Shown in pieces: positions 52,523-60,000 of a stretch of DNA of 60,000 nt; positions within the stretch are counted from its first letter, which is position 1, and each line of letters starts with the position of its first letter. A program made the position numbers and the translations under genes. The stretch covers positions 37,698,001 to 37,758,000 of the forward strand of contig CM097885.1 in assembly GCA_044892525.1 (NCBI GenBank). Reading direction: 5' to 3'. The notes beneath the pieces are model-generated. The model did no database searches. It saw nothing but the letters and a program-made list of their open reading frames with translations, and was not told the origin of the DNA. Source of the stretch: Schmidtea polychroa (taxonomy: Eukaryota).

Positions 52523-53701
52523 TTAATGCTGCAATGTTAGTTTAAAAATATATTAATAAATTATCTCGAACAAGTTTTGAGTCTTTTTACCTGCAGTGAT
52601 ATTTTTACAAACCATATTTTAAAACCATTGAAAAAGTCAGTGCTGAAAATACATGTTAAATGTAAAACAAAATATTGATTGATAGATAAAATTTAAAGAT
52701 AAAAAATTTGAAGATCAATTGTGAAAAAATTTAAAAGATTTTTCTGGTATTAGTGAACTTGAATTTGATTATCAGAATGACGAGTGCAAATTATTTTGTT
52801 TAAATGTATACCTTTCTCTGTGATATTTTTTTGGAGGCCGTGAAATTTATTTGAATGACATATCGTTTGAGATGGGTTTTAAATGGGAAAAAAACATTAC
52901 CAAATTCAAACAAATAATAACTTTATAAACCATATGAGCATATTTCAAAATCATTTATCGATATCTTTATTCTTTTGTTCTCATTCTCTTTTAATCTCTT
53001 TAAATCATTTTCCTTTCTATTAGTAGGAATCAAAACAAATTATGATAGTTCAATGTCATTTATGATTCTTTTTGATGTTCCTTCATCAAATATTGCAATA
53101 CAAACATTTTTCCCCAATCATTTATCATTAAATTTGTGTTTTATCAAGAGTTTTCATTCCATCAGGGAGACTTGAATAAAGAAATTATTATAATAATAAA
53201 TATTAATAATTATAATTAAAATCAAAATATTGTTTAAAAATCATCATTATTAATAGATATAAAGCAGGAAATGTTTTCATAAATTTCATCTTTTTAAAAT
53301 TTTATCAACCCTCAAGATCTCTAAATTAACGTACTAAGGCCAATTATTAAATTGTAATTATTTATAATTATGTGGTTTTAAAAATTATTAATTTTGGTTT
53401 TTAATATAAATATATTTTTAATTAAACTAATTATTATTTTTATATAATATTATCCAATAAAACCATTTGAAATATATTTATTCCAGAAATATTTCTTTAA
53501 TGTAATATTAAATAACCCACGTAGAAATGAGGCATCAATAGTGTAAGCCATTATAGGGTCTCACATCACCACCAAAATTAAAAAAATTTTATTTTTCGAA
53601 ATTTAAAGCAAATTGCTTTTGAAGATAAAGGATAAATTATTCAAATAATTAAAAATATATTTATTTTAAGTTCGCATTGATGGATGATTTATTATTGTGT
53701 T

Positions 53702-53787
<86 letters not shown>

Positions 53788-54524
53788 AATATAGAAAACT
53801 AACGTTTAATTAATCGAATAGTACTATATTCTCTCTCAATTATTCTGTTCTATATGCGTCTTACTCGGCGCACTCACATTCATTTTTTGGCATTAGTCAT
53901 TGTTTCGCTGCGCTCGCTTTTTAAGTAGATGTAGTTACTATAAAATGTCAATTGTTTATTGCATTTGCAGTTTTCTATCTTTCTAATTGTTTTAATTATT
54001 AGTGACTACAATTACTCATTGTTAAAAAAGGTAAGTACTAATTGTATTACATAATATTTATTAACAAGGAATTATATTTGAAATTAAAACTAAAAATTTG
54101 GAGTTGTTCAGAGGTTCATGAATTATATTTATTAAAAAGAGCTTGAAGACTATAAATCAGTAAATATATCAAAACATCGATATATTTACTGATTTATAGT
54201 CTTCAGGCTTTTTAAATAAATACATTGGAAAAAATATCAGTGGTGAAATTGAAAAAAATTTTTTATAATTCATGAATTATATTTTTCTTATGAAATAGAT
54301 TAGGATGTGGTTTACAACTGGCAGTCACGATTATAGTGAAAATTTAGAGGGTTTTTCAGAAATTTTATAAACTAAAAATTCTTTGCAAAATTTCTATATC
54401 AAAGCAACTAGAATTTCTATAGAAATTTTAAATTTATGAAATGTGCTTTCTGTACCTTTCTAGTTTTAGACATTTCCACTTTCAATTAAATTTTTCTTCT
54501 GTGAGTTTCTTTTAATTGTAGAAT

Positions 54525-55929
54525 TTAACATTTGAAAAATATCAATATATATTTAAAACATTTTAATTTCATGATTTTTTTTATTAATTGTTCATTAATT
54601 TTCGGATTCAATGATTTTATCAACAACGCCTCACAAATCACACGTTCCCAATAATTATCGAAGTTTTTTAATAAAATTTTAAAATCAGACATACCTATTT
54701 TAATCTTACAACCCTTATTGTGCTCACCAATATGGGTCAAAGACTTCGGTCTACAATGTTCTCGAGCTCGAATACAGAGATGACGGGAAGTCTCTCCAAT
54801 GTATGTGGCATTACACCCATTACATGTAAACTGATAAACGAGATCGGAACACAATTCAACCGGAGTCTTTGACTTATTAATAAACATATTGCGTACTTTC
54901 CATGAAGTTGACACTATCCTATAGTTTAAATTCCCTGACTGCTTTCTTATCTTCACTTTATAATCCTTAAAACCTTCCGAGTACGGCAATACTAACACAA
55001 ATTTAGGCTCATCATTCTTGCTCACACTATTTAATTTATTTAACTCATCAGACTCACACACCTCAACAAAATCACACCCAAATTTTCTCAAACATGGATT
55101 CTTAGGATTTTTAATAAATTTGTCAACAGTCTCTTTCACCATAATTACTAAAAAGGATTTTGAATAACCATTCTTCATCAACAGTTCAACCAACACGTCA
55201 ACACTCTTTACCGAACTTTTAAAAGTAGAAGACAAAGACCATGCACGATAAATCAACCCCTTCACCATATTTCTTTTATACTTGAATTCACAAAAACTTT
55301 CGGAAGAAGTATAGAGACCAGTATCAGTTGGTTTTCTATAAATCTCTGTCTCATAGTGTTTCTCTTTGCGTTGTATTAACAAATCCAAGAAAGCAAGCAA
55401 TGATTTTTTCTCCGTTTCACATGTGAATACAATGTTTTTATGTAGACTATTCATATAATGCAAAAACGGGTCAACATGCCTCTGATTTTCAAATATAAGA
55501 AATATATCATCCACATACCGTTATAAACAGTGGGTTTCATACCTTGGAAAGATGCAATTTTCTTTTCTAAGCTTGTTAAAAAATTGAAGCCATCGTTGGT
55601 GCTAAAGGAGCACCCATAGCAATCCCATCTATTTGTTGATACCATTCATTATTGAAAAGAAAATTGATTTTTGAAGTTGCAAATACAAGAAGTTCACGAA
55701 ATGCTGTTCTATCCAAAATATGATGTTCAGAAATATTTTCATTCCATAACAAGCAACATAATTCAATTGTTTCAACCAATGGTACATTAGTAAAAAGACT
55801 ACAAACATCAAACGAAACCATAATTTCATCCATACTTTGTCTATCATATTGTGCAATGCAGGAAACAAATTCAAAACTATCTTTACATTCAAATTCTGAT
55901 CGTATCAATGGTTTCAATAATCCATCCAA
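54525..55929 (-). mobile_element. Penelope-like retroelement fragment (RT + GIY-YIG), 5'-truncated and frameshifted
   Basis: MVSFDVCSLFTNVP, QIDGIAMGAPLAP, (Y)VDDIF, AFLDLLI, YRKPT, and VYQFTCNGCNATYIGETSRHL..RAREH. Confidence 0.92.
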
Positions 55930-56497
55930 AAAATATTTAATTAATTAATAATTTGATAAAATTTAAATTTTAAAAATTCATAAAACTTCTTTTAGGTGGT
56001 CATTTTAAAATTTAATTTATTAAAAGATTTTAATTTCATATGAATTGAATTTGTGAATTGTATTTGAACATTTTTTAATAGTTTCAATAATTTTTTTAAT
56101 ATTTTTAAATAATAATCTTTTGGATATTTTTGACACGAATTTTACAAATGCATTTCATTTGAAATTTCATCAACTGAAAAATTCAACATTTATTTTACTT
56201 TTCACTTTTCACCTTATTCAGTGATCTTTAAAAATTTTCAAAAACGAAAAATTAAGAATAATTCAATAAAATCTTAAAATAATCAATGATAATAAAAAAT
56301 CGATTTTTTACAAATTTGTTTTATTTTTTTTAATAATTTTCACTAATGGCGCATAATAATTAAAATTACAAATTTTTAATTAGATTTATTGATTTAATGA
56401 TTTCTAATTTCATTGGATTTTTATTTAAGAAATTTATACAATAAAATTCATTTTTGTATTTTCCAGTAATTACATGGAATATTAATTTTTATTATTA

Positions 56498-56582
<85 letters not shown>

Positions 56583-56697
56583 CATTATTATTATTAATTA
56601 GAATTAGAAATTCACTTGAAAAAGGCAGTGGCGAAAACTCGTGAATATCAAAAAATCGATATATTACTGATTTATAGTCTTCAAGCTCTTTTTAATA

Positions 56698-56997
<300 letters not shown>

Positions 56998-57033
56998 TTT
57001 AAATAATAAATGCTGCTACCAAGAAATCATCAT

Positions 57034-57159
<126 letters not shown>

Positions 57160-58430
57160 TCACGAAAATCCTATATAGAAATGTTTTACAAAACAATTAT
57201 AATCTCGACTATTATTTGATTTGTTGAGTCGTAAAATGGAATTCATCGCATTTTACGGAATAATTTTACAATTAACTTAAAGACAACAATGAAATCCCAG
57301 AAATTTCGACGGAGATAAGCAAGGCTTGATGGATTACCGGTTTTCCCAAGATCGGCAACAGTTGTCAAGGAGGAGACTAGTGTCTCATTATTGTCAAAAT
57401 CGGAGTGAGATTACCCGCTCGCTCGGAAACGCGATATTTAATCCGATTCTAATATCGATGATTAGACAGTCTCAGAAAGTCTGGAAAAGTTCTGGAGAAG
57501 AAATGGCATATCTATGGATAATTGCCACAATAGATAAATCGCATATCAACAAGTTTAAATTTTGTTATTTTTTCTTCAAAATACGAGGTAATGTAATTAT
57601 TTATTAATTAGAGAATATTAATAGGGAAAGGAAATTAGTAATTATATCAGTTTTGTTTAACTGTTGTTTGTTGAGGAGCATTTCATACAATTGACAAATA
57701 TTATTTATTTATTGATAGATTCCAAATATGTTTTAGAAAATAACATTTCCCAAATCAATCTCATCTCTTGCACGAATCTTAATGAATAATTCAGAGGAAT
57801 TTTACAATTTGTTTATTATTTGAATATATTGTTTAAAAAATTAACATAATTATAAAATCATAATAATAAGAGAATCACTTTTTTAAATAAAATTAAAAAA
57901 TTAATATAGATTTGTTTTAATGAATCGTTATTTATGTTTTGGATGTGTGATTGAAATTGGTAATTTATTGGTAATTTATTTTTATTATATTTATTGACTT
58001 TGGCTTATAAAAGGCTTCCCGGACAACAGTATTTTAAAATACATTTTAAAATATCGGTAAAGTGGTTGGTATAATATAATTTTTCAAAACAAATTTATAG
58101 TCGAGCATATATAATAATGCTCAAAAAAATTATTTTATTCTAATGGTGTAATTTGAATATAAAAATTATTGTTCATGTTTTTATGTAAAAAGAATATATA
58201 CCAAACAATTAAGACTTATTAAACAGCTTTGTCAGTAAAAATAATTATTTCTGACTCATCGTGTCCTTTATTAAAACAAAAAGATCCAACACAGTAAGAT
58301 TTATTGTCAAACAATAATTAATAGTATTCAATTTTTAAAGTCGCAATATTATATAAGGAATCCTTTCCGTTTTTTTTAATTATGGATCTCAAACTAATGC
58401 AAATCTGAACAGGTACTAATTCTAGTTTAA

Positions 58431-58664
58431 CCGTTTGCGGACGGATTTAATTTTAATAAGTAGTATTTTAATATATTATTTTTTAGCATAAAATCTTTTA
58501 GTATACGAATGCCCGATATCGTGGTATGATTTTTTTAAAGTTTGCCCAGCTTTGCCCATTGTAGAACGTCTGGAACAAAATTCGTGGCAAGCAGTGCTGG
58601 CCTACCGTCCGCTATCGTATAAGCCATTTAGGGCCAGCACTGCTGGCCTACTATCCGCAAACGG
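58431..58664. mobile_element. piggyBac-type MITE
   Basis: TTAA-CCGTTTGCGGA...TCCGCAAACGG-TTAA. Confidence 0.75.
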
Positions 58665-60000
58665 TTAATAATTCCTTAATTTTTCTTCGACCATTTTTGA
58701 AATTTAATAAAATTTCCTGCTCCTTATATAGCACTTGCTTCTCATCAATCAATTTCACAATTTTTAATTACTAGACCATCAAAAGCCAAAAAAAATAAGA
58801 AATAAATTGAATTATCTCATCTTCATTTGGCAAGCTACCAATTTTTCAGCTCAAGAATTTAGTTTACCAAATAAATTAATTAGTGTATTTTAATTAATTA
58901 ATTAATTACTTTGTATTTCTTAAATAACAATACCTAGTGAGCCCTATCGACTTAAAATCATTATATTCGTGTTTATATTTTTATTTGCTACCTGTTTATA
59001 CCAATTTATTTCTGTGGGAGTAAAATTCCAAACGGCAGAAGATACTCAAGTAGTTCAAGAATTTAATGGAATTTAATTTTTTAATAAAGAAAATTCATTA
59101 ACAAATTCTTTGGGAAAAATAATTAATTTTACAATTTAAATAAATAAATTAAAAATTCTGCAAAAATTGAATCATAGAGAATTGCTACGGATTAAGATTA
59201 TTAAACAATAGCAATTTAATTTTTTTATATGGACAATTTGAAATCGTCACACATTTAAAAATTTCCTTCTGTAAAGAGGATGTTTACATTATTGCACCCA
59301 ATTCTTGTGAGAAAGCACAAATAGGAAGCAGAATTATTCACCTACGCCAGCTCATTATCTTACAGACTCGCAAACTCATCATTTCACGGATAAACGCGAA
59401 GGAGAAGAGCAGTTACGTTTATTCAGATACTTAAAATCTCTCCCAATAAATTGTTTAAAATTTGCAGTTTTGTATTAATTTTGTTGGGAAAATTTATCTA
59501 TGGTGAAGAATCTCGTTTATATAACAGTGAACATTCTAGAATTTCATCAATTTTTTACTAAATTCTACTTTTTACTATTTTGTATTTAGTACATTTTTAT
59601 GTCTTTGACAAAGGAAGAAAAGAGCTCTTCTCAGTTATTTTGGAATATTGTAACCGGAATCTTTGAATTATCTTTTCGAGTAGGGTTGATTTCATTTATT
59701 ATTATGGGATTTTTTATTTAGTACGAAATATGTATCCATTAATTTTATTCAAATTATTGTTTTGTTAATCCTTTGTTCATAATCATGTTGCCAACTGTCC
59801 AGCCAACGTTCAGTCTTCCCTCAAAATTATCGTTTTTGTATTAAATCGCTTCTTTTTATGTTAATTAGAGAACAGGTATATATTTTTTAACCCAAATATA
59901 CTGATTTAAATTTATAAGAATACATGCCAGGCGATAGGTTATAGCTTACTCCTTGTTTCTTTTCCACCCGGTATCAAGCATACTTGTTCTGAATTGCATT

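Overview
Very AT-rich, repeat-dense animal genomic DNA with (AAT)n/(TA)n microsatellites and 40-50 nt introns. This is planarian-like, but the host is only an inference, and I could not support any host gene. The centrepiece is a full-length, 15,471-bp Polinton/Maverick (adintovirus-like endogenous dsDNA virus) at 27123-42593, with AGTAG...CTACT ends, long TIRs and a perfect 6-bp TSD (TTTGAT). It has the core genes: packaging ATPase, pX-like and pVI-like proteins, chromodomain integrase, penton, hexon, adenain protease and protein-primed PolB. It also carries a left-end accessory block that the ORF track hides because the genes are spliced or frameshifted: a two-exon Bcl-2 family gene (BH1, BH2, hydrophobic tail), a two-repeat TATA-binding-protein-like gene, a possible SSB and two small spliced orphans. 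The integrase is split beside its second catalytic Asp by an intron that is pure GT-(ATT)33-ATAG. PolB begins with three phase-1 mini-exons. The TIRs carry arrays of AP-1 and CRE motifs. Outside the element are a dispersed hammerhead-ribozyme (retrozyme-like) family, one copy of which has a U1 snRNA 5' end just upstream of the ribozyme. Also present are an older related polB relic split by a hAT element, two solo LTRs, a Penelope fragment, and pogo, hAT, Merlin-like and piggyBac-type non-autonomous elements.
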